Shown here one piece after another: positions 51,571 to 64,000 of a stretch of DNA of 64,000 nucleotides. Both the position numbers and the translations under genes were made by a program. The notes below the pieces were generated by a model. That model was not told the origin of the DNA. It searched no databases and saw only the letters and a program-made list of their open reading frames with translations. Within the stretch, counting starts at the first letter, position 1. Every line of letters starts with the position of its first letter. Source of the DNA: Octopus sinensis (lineage: Eukaryota); contig NC_043009.1 of NCBI RefSeq assembly GCF_006345805.1, positions 39,742,001-39,806,000 on the forward strand, read 5' to 3'.

Positions 51571-53507
51571 ACTTTCTTTTCTCATTTTCCGAAATGTAAT
51601 TGATAAACAGTGATTTCCTAACCAACTGAAACTGAAGCACGCTAAGGTAACATAATTGCAAATAGAAAGAAGAAAATAACAAAATGCAGAAATTATTTCT
51701 GTAATTCAATACTCGTATCATCCTCGTCTTGTTGCCAACATCTACCAAGGGAGATAATAGTGTTTAATTTACGAAGCTATCTAACTTATTTCCGGTTTGA
51801 TTTAATTACTTTAAAAAACAAAATTTAGTTTTAGTCAATAAAATATATGGACGAAATTAGTGATCTCTGGATAAACATTTAATCAAGCAAATATCAACGG
51901 TGGCTAAAAAAACAAAACGAAATAAAAAAAAAACACCTGTGATGCTCTCTGCGTCAGAAAGAAAAATAGTTAAGCTGGGGCTAACATAGTTAACGTTGTG
52001 ATGCAAAACTTTCTTTTATTAATTAAAATTACACTTCTAATCAAAAAATGAGAATTTATTAGTGTAAATTAGAAAGACTTGTTCTGAGAAGCAAGGGAGA
52101 TAACTTCGAAATCTAAATAACAAAAGATGAGTGCTGTGGTGAATACGTTCAATCTTTGCTAAGGTGATAAAATTTACGTGGTTTTCGCTCTTATTACAAC
52201 TTATAAGCGTATTCCATTCAATCTTTAATTTAGAGACTACATTTGCCTTCCTTTGTTTCCTTTTCTCTCACAACATTAAGCATGTTAAATGTACATGGTA
52301 TGTACATTAGGTTTCCCACGAAGGCTCAGAGAGATTTTATAGACATACGCCACACATCTCTTCAATTATTGCACGGTGTAGGGTAGGATTTGCGGGATAT
52401 TGCTATCGGGATGCACACCAGGCAGTATCAAAGTCATAATTTGTAGATTAACACACTCTAACAGAGGACAAAGCCCACACAATTACTTTTATATTAAGAC
52501 AGACAGGGGAAAATTGAAGCCCTGTCAAATTTCTGGCATGGCGTCCTGTAACTCATCTTGGAAAATAAGGATAATGAAAATATTGTCTCCATTTCCTTCC
52601 GCACTTAACTATGCGTACTTTTTGCAGTCGTACATCCCGGAGTAATTTCAAGGTAACAAGTCAATGAATATCTTTCATACATGATTCTCAAAGTTTTCTT
52701 AACTATATGATAAATTTCTTCATCAAAGTGATATAATAATATCGTACCTTTGGGAAAATATATACTTGTACATTTATTCATTTACTCTTTAATTTGTGTC
52801 AGTAATAGGGCTCTGGCCATTCTGTGGCCGGTCTGGAAAGGTCTAGTCAATCAAATTCACATCAGTACTAACGTTTAAAGCTTGATACTTATTTTATCAC
52901 TCAGTCTTTTTGCCAAACTGCTATGCTATGTGCGGGAACGCAAACATATTACACCAGTGTTGAAAGACAAATACATAAACATACTCCTACAGTACCAATT
53001 GAAATACGAATACATAAATATGTACGCAGTAAAATGTGTAGAAAAAAAGTGTACAGGGAACATGCCATTGATTTTGGCAAATCTAACGTTTCGGAGAGAG
53101 TCTTCTTGCAGAAAAAGTTGCCAAGAGAGATACCAATGAGAGACAGTAGAATTTACCTTCTAAGTTAAAATCCTGGCTGCAACTAATAAGAAACATAGGA
53201 CCACGTGCGCATAATACTTGAACAGAAAAATGGAAGAAGAAAGAGTGTGAGAAGGTAAGAAGAGAGAAGAATTGAATGAAGAGAGAAAGCAGGCACAGTT
53301 GAAAGGGAGGTGAAGGGAAAAGAGAAGGTGAGAGAGTGTTTTAAGTATGAAAAGCTGCTTAATGAATCAAGTGGAGTTTTGAGAGTAGAAGGAAAAAACT
53401 TTCATTGAAGTCTCTCCAATCTTTGATCAATAATGTGCAGCGATGTCACAGAGATCAATGAGTGATGGAATGGTCTGTAGTCTTCAGGTGGTTGGCGACA
53501 GTCTGAG

Positions 53508-53571
<64 letters not shown>

Positions 53572-54919
53572 GTATGTATGTGTGTGTGTAGAGAGAGAGA
53601 GAGTGAGTGAGAGGGAGACACGACAGGTTTCCGCACAGTTTCTCCTTACTAAACTCTCTCACAAGGTATTGTCGGCTTGAAGCTATAGTAAAAGACACTT
53701 TACCAGAAGTACTACTGCCAGTAAAAGTGAACCCAAACCCATGTGACTCCAGAACAAACTTTCTAGTTACACATCTATTTGATATATTTTATATTTTTTC
53801 AAATTTGTAACTGTAATATCTACATAGTTTCTATAAACACAGATTAATGGATATTTGACAATTATAAACAGCAAGAAAATTTCAATAACAAATTAAAACC
53901 CAGATATAACTAGTTTCGGGAAATTTATTCATCTTATTGTATCTTACTTTTAATTAATTATTTTTTAATTGTCTTCTAAAAAAAACTCCGTTTATATGTA
54001 TTTCTGTACATATAAAACATTTTGATGTTAAAATTTTTATGACATAATTATGTGAAGCAATTTGTATAGTCATTCGTATGCTATTCATTCTCATTTAATT
54101 ATTCAATGAACCTAACGTTTCATTTTTAAAAATTTCCTTGTATCAAGGTTAAATGTCATTTATATGATCAAACAGCTACAAACATAATTTTTATTAGATG
54201 TTTTAGGCCACCATGGTAATTCGTGTGAAAAGTATTTTGTAAATTGCTTTCACTATATATTTGTAGTTTGTAGCCGCGCTAAAAAGCATCGATTTCTAGC
54301 AACTTGGTACTGTTATATAATTTCATCTTGAGACATCGGTTCACTTCGTTTTCATAAGTTACTTGCAAAGCAAAAATGTATGAATGTCACAACTTCTAAT
54401 TTTCTCCTATTTATGATGACCTTTCAGAAGAGAGAAATGTAAACGAATATTACAATATAAGATTCACAATATAGATAGTGGGCTGGCTGAGAATATAGAA
54501 AATCATATTAAATATTTAGTTACGGCCTTCTGCATTCGGAATACAAATGGCACCAAGGTAGCCATTTCTTTTATATCTTCTGGATCGATAAACTAAATAA
54601 CATTAATATTTTTGATCGATTGAATCAACCATACCAATTCCTTAGAAATAAATGCCCGAATGTCTAAACAGGAACAAAATATTTGTCCAAAACTAGAGGT
54701 TGCTGACGAAAGCAGAGTTTAAAATCTCCTGAGTTTACTTTGTCAGGTTCAAAGACAGCTCAGACAATAGATACCAGTTACATACTGTTCAAGTCAATGG
54801 AAAGAAAACTTTGTTCTATAAAATATTTCTTAAATTACGGGTGTGGTGACACACTTTCCTTTAATTGCTATGATTAAATATACAAATAGTTTATCTAGTT
54901 TACTTCAAGTTATAACTGA

Positions 54920-55316
54920 TTTCGAATTTTGGCACAAGGACTGCAATTTTAGGGGAGGTGCAAGTCGATTCCATCGACTCCAATTTTCAAAGGATACTTA
55001 TTTTATCGACCCCAGAAGTATGAAAGGCAAAGTCGACCACGGTAGAATGCGGCTCACCGTTTTTCTTGACGTCCTAATTATTCTGCCAGCTCGCCACCCT
55101 ATGTTAAGCTGTAATATTGATTTCAAATTTTGGCACGAGGTCAGGAATATTTCAAGAGAGTTCAGAACGATCCCAGAACTTAATATGTACTTGTTCTATC
55201 GACTATGAAAGGGTGAAAGTTATAGTCGACCTCGGTAGAATTTGGACTCAGAACATAAATACGGACGAAATGCCGCTCAGCATTTTATCGGAAGTGCTAA
55301 TGAGCCTGCCAGCTCA
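54920..55316 (-). mobile_element. Two tandem old family B-related SINEs
   Basis: Repeated ttttggcac.agg...atcgac...atgaaagg...agtcgac..cggtagaat...ctgccagctc. Confidence 0.7.
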
Positions 55317-55527
55317 TGTGTGTGTGTGTATCAATACCTATCTATATGTATTAATATACAAACACATATATAAACAAACATAAGTGTATGTACATACATC
55401 CACACACATATATATATGTACATATATGTATATATGTACATATATATATGTATATATATGCATATATATCTACATATATATATATGTATATACATATATA
55501 CATATATACATGCATTCATATATACGC

Positions 55528-55559
<32 letters not shown>

Positions 55560-56104
55560 GCGCACCTTTCCATAAACCAGAGTTGATAATTATAAAGCTA
55601 TTGTTTCAAACTTATAACAACGCTTGATCATGTTATCTCTAAGTAATTCACAGTAAATGTGGCCTGGGTTTGTCACAACCTACTTTCTCAACTACCAGCC
55701 GTTTCTAATACCATTGTTTCTAATTCTAATTTACTTTACTAAACAGATATTTCAACATAGATTGTGGCATTGCAATTCAAGGCTGCTATATCACATGATT
55801 AGTTTAGCGTCTTCAGTTTTATCTGTTGCAATTTAGATGGATTCGTGACTAAGATTCGATATCCAAGCTACATTTTATTGTTATATCACTAATAATCCCA
55901 ATGAATTGTTTCTTTATGGTAATAGATTACTCGCTGCTGGTCTGTGTATGTCTAATTTGTTACGATATGGATTTGAGATTAAATTTTAAAATTCTTATAA
56001 GATATGAACAAAGGAAGACCACTTATTTCTATTTCTTTTATCGATTTACATTATTTCTTTCTAAAACTTCGTATAACTCATTAATCGGTTGTGTAGTTTT
56101 ATTT

Positions 56105-56482
56105 CTTCTCTTTTACTTCTAAGAGACATTGGACAGCAGCCATGCTAAGGCAACGTTTTGAATACTTTTGCTGAATAACCGTAATTCTTATCGGACATTT
56201 TTTGCCGAACCGCCAAGTTATGGGTATGTCAACAAACCAATACCGGATATCTAGCGTTTGTTGAGGACAAAGATAAACACAAGGGTGTACACATATATAC
56301 AAACACACACACACACACAAACTCACACACTAACACAGGCATACACACACACGTTCTCGGGCTTTCACTATATTTCTGTCTACCACATGTACACATAAAT
56401 CATTAGTCGGCTGGTGCCAAAGTAGAAGACACCAGTGGGACTGAACTTTAAATCTCAGGGTGGCATAACGAGTTTCTTAACT
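56105..56482 (-). mobile_element. Family A SINE, degenerate, with internal (CA)n
   Basis: cagccatgct...tttgccgaaccgccaagttatgg...agtagaagacac...gggactgaac. Confidence 0.7.
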
Positions 56483-56995
56483 ATATATCCATGCCTGCAC
56501 CTATGTTAATTATTCTGGTTCATTTTCTTTTTCTTTTCTTTTTTTTTTTTTTGATAAGGATGAAAATGGTCGAATAGATATAATTATTATTGGCAAATGA
56601 TATGAAATTTCAAAACATTCCAGAAGATTCTAAAGCTACATCGATTTCTTTTTAATGTTTTCTTTTCACTTATTACGTACTGAACGTATTGCTACCCAAA
56701 CGTAGCGGCTGATGGTGTTTATAGACCGACAAACGCGCTGTCGCGGCAAACACCATAGGTCTATCAGCCGCAACTAAATTCAAACCACGACGAAGAGAGA
56801 TGGCCTTGAAGTCAACGATTTTAAACTAACGGAGACAACACTCGTATATCGCCTGGCGAAATAGATCTAGATCTCATTATGCAAACAGACAGTTGCATAA
56901 CCAAATACCTATATTCTCGGAGAACTACGTTGCGTCGAAAGAATTGCACTCCATCTTCAATTGTATATATGTATGTATGTATTATGAATGTATGC

Positions 56996-57030
<35 letters not shown>

Positions 57031-57167
57031 ATATAATATTAAATTAGAGATAAAACCACTATTAGGCAAATCATACAATGAAAAACTCAAGCCAATACAT
57101 AAGATTAATTAATTTATATTATTTTAAATATATATCAAACTAATTAAAAAAAAGATAATTAGTATAA

Positions 57168-57230
57168 CACTACGATCGTTTCATGGCTGTCCAATTCTTA
57201 AAATTTCGGGTTACAGTCATTCTTCAGGTG
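57168..57230 (-). ncRNA. Type I hammerhead motif with intact core, within a TA-flanked element (~57040-57260)
   Basis: Minus strand: CAC-CTGAAGA-ATGACTGT-(22 nt)-ACAGCCAT-GAAAC-GATC-GTA-GTG; stem II 7 of 8 pairs, palindromic ACGATCGT. Confidence 0.8.
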
Positions 57231-57346
57231 ATTTAAATATTTAACTTAGCGAGGTTTAATATATATATATATAGGTATGTTGGTGCAAACAAGAAAAGTA
57301 GAACTAAAAATATGAGTATATGTATGTTTTTATTAATATTTAGCAC

Positions 57347-57437
57347 AAATAACAGAGTGACTCAAGTTCCGAGAGTTCCGTGCGTTGGCACTTATGAAAC
57401 GCACGAAACTCTCAGGATTTGTGTCACTTTGTTATTT
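57347..57437. repeat. Fold-back palindrome (~40-bp arms)
   Basis: aaataacagagtgactcaagttccgagagttccgtgcgtt vs reverse complement of aacgcacgaaactctcaggatttgtgtcactttgttattt. Confidence 0.85.
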
Positions 57438-57505
57438 CTACTACATAAACACACACACACACTTGTACTCATATTATTGTATGTGTATATATTTATATAT
57501 CTATA

Positions 57506-57712
57506 GGGAGAATTCACAAAAAAAACAAAAGACGAAGACAGGTGGTGTAGAAAATAAACAGATGTATTAATATAACGCTCGGGGATTGAAAATGTCTTTA
57601 ACGTTTCGAGCCCACGCTCTTCCACAGAAAGGAACACAGAAAGAACACAGAAAGAAACAAGGAGACAAACAAGGAGAGAAAAAAATGTGTGTAGTGGCTA
57701 GCGATCTATCAT
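57506..57712 (-). mobile_element. Family copy 2 of the 1022-1221 element; hammerhead-like motif at 57596-57631
   Basis: Minus strand: CTTT-CTGTGGA-A-GAGC-gtgg-GCTC-GAAAC-GTT-AAAG. Confidence 0.75.
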
Positions 57713-58148
57713 GTTATATAAAATCTATTCTTCAAATAGATTATAGAAGTGTTCAAGAATTATTTTTAAGAGTACACCTTTCTGTGGAATGTTCAAGCAC
57801 TTACATGGAATTTTAGGAGCAGATCGGACACCTTAATCCTCGCTCTAGATCGAAGGTGCATCATCTCCACCACCACCACCACCAACACTACCACTATCAC
57901 CACTACTGCTATCACCTGCAGCGTCACGTGATGCAGTAAGCCTAACCACCTCTGAATCCAATAATAAAACTGGTGGTTCCAACATGCCGAGAATTTAAAA
58001 GACTCGGTTAATTACTAGTCTAACTGAACTGTATAAATATTTTATTACATTCCTTTCCTTCAATTACCACTGGGAATATCTCGAAGATCTTAAGGTAAAG
58101 TGTTGTTTATATTTATATAACGATATATAAATGTACGTATATATACAC

Positions 58149-58199
<51 letters not shown>

Positions 58200-58854
58200 C
58201 ACACACACTCACATGCACTCACATATGTAAACATATACACGTATATAAATACATATATATATATGTATGTATATGTATGAATGTGTGGGTGTTTGTGTGT
58301 GTCTGTACGTGTGTGTGTACGCGTGTGTGTGTGTGTATTTGTGTGTGTGTGTATTTGTGTGTGTGTGTGTGATTAATAAACCGGATACCTGATAATGTCC
58401 CCTAATTTGTTTTGCAGCACTTTCAACTTTTGCTGATAAAGCATTTTAACTGTGTAACAGGATATAAGAGCGAGAATTGCCATGTTAAATTTCTATGTAA
58501 ATCTGCTAACAGAAATATATTACTTCCTCAATTATACAAACGGACATTTTCTTTCATCTTTTCAGGTTTATTCCCTCAGTGCTTCATCACTAAAACGATG
58601 TTACAAACGTCTTCAAAGTAATCAAATTCTTGCCGTAGGATTCCGAAATATCAGGAACCGTGGCAAATTATTTAAGTGGCATAAAAGAAACAATAACGAA
58701 AACCAGGGTTTACAGGGCTAAATGCTTCTGTTTCAATCAAATGCTTCTCATTCAGTTAAAATTTTTGTATACACACATGGAGGTTGAAATACGTAATTAC
58801 ACAACCATAACTATATAAACGCACACAGATGAATTCACACACACACACACACAT

Positions 58855-59040
58855 TGGTGCAGCAGTGGCTGTGTGGTGAGAAGTTTACTTCGCAACCACA
58901 TGGTTCAGGTTTCAGTCCCAATGAGGAGTACCTTGGGCGGGTGTCGTCTACTATAGCCTCGAGCCGACAAAAGACTTGTGAGTGGATTTGGTTGAGGGAA
59001 ACTGAAAAAAGCCTGTCGTATATATATATATATATATATA

Positions 59041-59086
<46 letters not shown>

Positions 59087-59312
59087 GCGTGTCTGTGTGT
59101 ATGTGTTTTTGTGTCTGTATTTGTCACCACTGGCATCGCCTGACAAACGGTGTCGGTGTGTTTACGCCCATGTAAATTAGCAGTTCGGCAAAAGAAAACG
59201 ATAGAATAAGTACTAGCCTTACAAAGAATAAGTCCTGAATTCGATTTATTCGACTAAAGGCGGTGTTCAAGAATGGCCGCAGCCAAATGACTGAAACAAT
59301 TGAAAGAGTAAA
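58855..59312 (+). mobile_element. Family A SINE, full length, with internal (TA)n(TG)n
   Basis: gtggctgtgtggt A box, ggttc...agtccc B-box-like, CORE-like ccttgggc; tail ...tggccgcagccaaatgactgaaac. Confidence 0.9.
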
Positions 59313-59457
59313 AGGATATGTTTATATGTATGTGTGTATGAATGCCTGTGTGTATGAATGCGCGCGTGTATATATGAATATATGTACGTATATATATATA
59401 TATATATACATATATACATATATACACGCGCGCATTCATATATATATATATAACAAG

Positions 59458-59553
<96 letters not shown>

Positions 59554-59714
59554 TCATACATATACATACATACACACATATACATATATGTATGTATTCA
59601 TACATAGAAATATATATGCAGATATATGGAATCATAATATCACAAACTGTAAGACTGATATTTAAACTATATGCATAGACACATATACATAAACGTATAT
59701 ATTTACCTACCAGA

Positions 59715-59750
<36 letters not shown>

Positions 59751-60909
59751 ACACACACGTACACATTCACCTATAGTCACGCCCACGCTATTGTGTCGTT
59801 TGACGGCGGTATTTAAGAATTTCGACGTGAAATAAAAACCGATGTCGGAAGAACGTCACTTGATGCGAAACTTTATCAATGCTTTGCTCTGAAAGATGAT
59901 AGCAAGATATTCAGTCGGTGCCAGCGCGTCAAAATTAGTCTGACGTGTCTATTAACGGTGATTCGGGATATATTTTGCAGTGAAATGCTTATTGTCCACG
60001 AAACGTTTTGTACATGAAGAGACTCACCATTGTCATTTTCTTTCCTTATTTTTTAACCTATGTGCGTTGTGATGGAGGTGGTGTTACTTTCTAGCAGTGT
60101 TTGAAACAGTTCGTATGTTTCCATAATCTAATGGAATTTCATAGGCATTCGGAAATGCTGAAAAAAATGGAAATAAACGACCTGGTATGTGTTTATATCG
60201 GGTGCAGGCAACCTTTTAAAAGAAGCGTACAACATGAGACATGGCTTCTTATGAGGCGGACCGTTTGTTTCTCATGACTGGTACATACATACATACAAAC
60301 ATACTTACAAACATACATACATACATACATACATACATACATACATACAACATACATACATACATACATACATATACATATACATACATGTGTATATATG
60401 TCGAACGATGAAAATGAATGCTCAATAGCGCATTGGTGGATAGAATTTATTTGTGTCTTATGACTACCATTGGTTTCAGATATTAAGCTATTTTTCTGAA
60501 GATAAAACCAATGATAGCTTTAATGCACACACATATACACACACACACACACATGCACACACACACACATGCACACACACACACATGCACACACATGCAC
60601 CACACACACACACATGCACACACACACACATGCACACACACACAACAGATTTCCACGCATTCCCAACAACCAGATTCTACTCACGATGTATCAATCATCT
60701 TATATGTGTGTGCGCGCGCGAATCTGTTAACGGCTTTCGAATTATTCTAAAAGGATTACTTATAGATTTATATGCACTGTGAAAACCAATTCCAAACAAA
60801 GAGCAAAAACAAATAATAATTATTCCACGGTTTATCTGAAATTTAGAAATATATAATGACTTCAACAATTTATATACATACATATACATACATAAACACA
60901 CACGCACGC

Positions 60910-60941
<32 letters not shown>

Positions 60942-61035
60942 ATGCTCAATTTTGCATTTGATTTGAAATTGTAGGTTTAATATTAGCATAATGACCTAAT
61001 GACCTCCTGATAAGTATATATATATATATATATTT

Positions 61036-61453
61036 ATAAATTGAGATAGGGGTTGTGAGTGCAACCCACCATGGGATAACATATATCCAATATACTGCCA
61101 GTTAAGTACCCAACAAAATTAATACATAAATGTTAAGAATTGCGATGCAATTAATTCATTTGTTGTATTATATGGGCGAAGGTAAAATGTTTTACCACAA
61201 ATTCATAATACAAAATAAGAAAATGGAGAAATACACCTTAATCAATAATCAACTATCAGATAATACCCATTCACATAATTCATTAACCAGCTACATATGA
61301 ACATCAAGGTCAAACATAATAGTACAGAACAAAACAGTGCACATCAATGAGTAATATGATACAATAAGTACAATATGTATAAATAAATATAAAGGGTATT
61401 ATCTGATAGTTGATTATTGATTAAGGTATATTTCTCCATTTTCTTATTTTGTA
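61036..61453. mobile_element. Fold-back element: 60-bp arms (61209-61268, 61394-61453) plus ~170-bp one-sided tail, in (TA)n
   Basis: tacaaaataagaaaatggagaaatacaccttaatcaataatcaactatcagataataccc mirrored with one mismatch. Confidence 0.85.
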
Positions 61454-61463
61454 ATATATATAC

Positions 61464-61498
<35 letters not shown>

Positions 61499-63244
61499 TG
61501 TATTTATGAATGTATGCATTAATTTATGAATGTATGCATGTATTAATTGCTGGTAGGGACACCTTATTTCCTCCTGCAGTCATAATATACTACCAAGTAT
61601 GTTTAAGGTCTATAAATCAATCCTGTGTCCTGTTTCATGTGTTAGCAGTGCGATACACACGCGCACACATACATATATGTATATCTAAACGTATATTTGT
61701 ATGCATACAATTTCACTCACGCTTATGCGTACATGAATACAGAGAGAAAAAATGGATATTCTCTGATGATTACTAATGAGTTATACACTCGACAGTACCT
61801 TTACAAATCAGGTACTCATCTGTGGAAGCGGTTTGTAATAAAGAACAAGCACTTATGTTCGTTGATCAATTCATTGATAATCCTCTGTATGATAATACGC
61901 ACAAATCTTTGTGCTTTGCCGACTAGAGTCTTTTAAACTCGACATTATTTTTCATTTAAGCGGTTCTAATGTTATTTAGCCTCCCCGATGTTTCAGTCAC
62001 GCGTAAGGAAAGTTAGAAAGAGAATCCTTGATGAAAAGGTCTTGCAGGTAAAATTGAAGTAGAAATTGGAAAACCTGTAGCAAGTTTTTGAGCTTATTGA
62101 GCTTCGAGTTTAACACTGGTTCCTTTGCGTTTTCAACGTCACTTCTACCTTATTCATTTATTCAAGAAAGATCGCAGATCGCGGGATTAAACACTTTTCT
62201 GAAGTGTTAAACTATGAGTTTGTTGAGGTTGATGTCGGAATTAACACCATTGAACAAAGTCTTCTCGTCACCTTCTTGTACACGTCACCATTATGCATAC
62301 ATATAAACATTCATACATACACGCATACATGCATACATACGTACACACACACATACATACATACATACATACATACATACATACATACATACATACATAC
62401 ATACATACATAACATAATAGAGTTAAAGAGACCTTCTGAATCTTACACCGAAATACAACGAAATTATAGGTTCAGAAATTATAGGTTTCTGCAAATATTG
62501 AAAGATTTTCTGAAAGTATTCTACAATCAATAGCAAAAATATTACTAGGAAGCGTACAATTTCTATTCAGAGTTGGTTTCCTAAAGATTAGAGTCTTTCC
62601 ATCTCTGTCTCTCTTTCTTGCTAAATCATACAATGCCATTATTTTAGAGTAGAACTTCATTGTTAAGGGAGATAAAATATAAGAGAATAAAAAAATACCC
62701 ATAAAAACTAGTATTACGAAACTGCCATATTTTCCTGAAACTGCCATCACTTTCAAAATTAGTTTAGGTTTAAAATTCAAAACGAATCTGGTAGCAGAAA
62801 CTTAATTTCTTCTCTCCATTATATTTCTCTATTTTGATTATATTCCGATATTTATATTACATACATCTATTTTACTTTATTTCTGTATTATGCCATACAT
62901 TTCTATATAATCCCTTGTTTTTCGATTCTTTTTTTCTTTTGTCATATATCATATGAATAGCTTAAAATATTATCCATTAAACTCTCTAACCAGAATAATT
63001 GTACCTGAAGGGTAATCCAGCTTCAGAATATTTTTCTGGTGCTGCATTGACCACAAATTTGAAATTTATTTTCGACATTCGTCTAAAGTATGGCAGACAC
63101 ATCATGCCAGTTTTCATTACAATTCTTCACACTTACATTGCAGGATTTGGAAGATGACGCAAAGTGTTTAGGGTGCTTTTTGTTTTAGCCTGATGGGGGT
63201 CTTTCTAATTGCAATCTTCTCTTGGCGTTGCCGGTTGCAGATCA

Positions 63245-63755
63245 TACCTTATTTCACACTGTATAGACAATGCATGGACGTTGACGAAAACTCTTTCAGA
63301 AAAATTAAAACTTTTTGAAATAAAAGTGGTGTTCTAGGATGATCACAACACCATGACCACAACCACGTGGTTCAAACGTATAAAAGAATGAAAGAATATA
63401 GACGAATGTTAAAAATATCTTGGATATAACATAAAACTAATAAAGAAGTGCTACAACTAGCAAATACAAAAAGATCATTACTCTCAACTGTTAAAAAAAA
63501 AAGGGAAGTTAAAGTACTTTGGTCATTAGTAAAAGCACAACATATAAAAAAGATTATTATTAGGAAGCAAGATAAATAGCAAACTATTGAGAAGAAGAAC
63601 CAGAACAAAATCTTTTTGTATAACCAAGGACGGAATAAATTTACAAATGGTGAATGTGTAAGAATGGCAGAGAAAAAAAGTTGAATAAATATCCTTAATA
63701 TTCAACATGCTGAAAACAGATGACATCTATAGATGATGATGATGATGATGACAAC
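63245..63755 (+). pseudogene. RTE-group LINE 3' fragment
   Basis: AWTLTK, YRRMLKISWI*HKTNKEVL, KLKYFGH; ends in (GAT)n. Confidence 0.8.
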
Positions 63756-64000
63756 AACAACGACGGCGAAGAGGAGGAGGAGGAGGAGGAGGAGGAGGAG
63801 GAGGAGGAGAATTAGGAGACAGTATGGCTCGGCATTGACGTATTGTCAGGTGAATACAGGTTTGCTATAAATGGATGGCAAAAATTCACAAGTTAAGTTT
63901 AAACTCCTAATATGAAACAACCAATTACCCTGCAATACGATGGCATAGTGAATATGAGCTCTAATTAAGTATTAGATGTGCCAGTTCTCTGGTGATAGGG

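Noticed and set aside
29-62533. Many ORFs rich in YI, HT, CV or poly-D/N/T/H
   Set aside because: They are translations of microsatellites with no domain content.
1-64000. CRISPR arrays, rRNA genes or operons
   Set aside because: No regularly spaced repeat-spacer structure or rRNA similarity; the sequence is clearly eukaryotic repeat-rich DNA.

Overview
AT-rich, microsatellite-saturated eukaryotic DNA with no host gene I can support; most ORFs in the track are translated microsatellites. The repeat content (tRNA-headed SINEs, Nin/Deu-domain SINEs, Tc1, Helitrons, dense TA/CA/GATA tracts) resembles a cephalopod (Octopus-like) intronic or intergenic region; that assignment is inference. Main contents: (1) a full-length but frameshifted L1/Tx1-clade LINE (39573-44912, minus) with a perfect 16-bp TSD. 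It sits inside a SINE whose 3' tail it shares, within a multi-layer nest of SINEs. (2) Three Tc1 relics, two non-autonomous Helitrons, R4/Dong-like and RTE-like LINE fragments, and about 20 SINEs from at least 4 families. (3) The most striking unexplained signal: many short, sequence-unrelated elements embedded in (TA)n/(CA)n tracts. These are fold-back palindromes with a one-sided tail and/or carry minimal type I hammerhead-ribozyme motifs (about 9 independent motifs), some with Watson-Crick-compatible changes at core positions 3:8 (U3:A8, A3:U8). They are probably Penelope-like-element derivatives. A 100-N gap is flanked by a duplicated ~800-bp block that is probably an assembly overlap. All structure calls were made by eye; no folding or database search was run.
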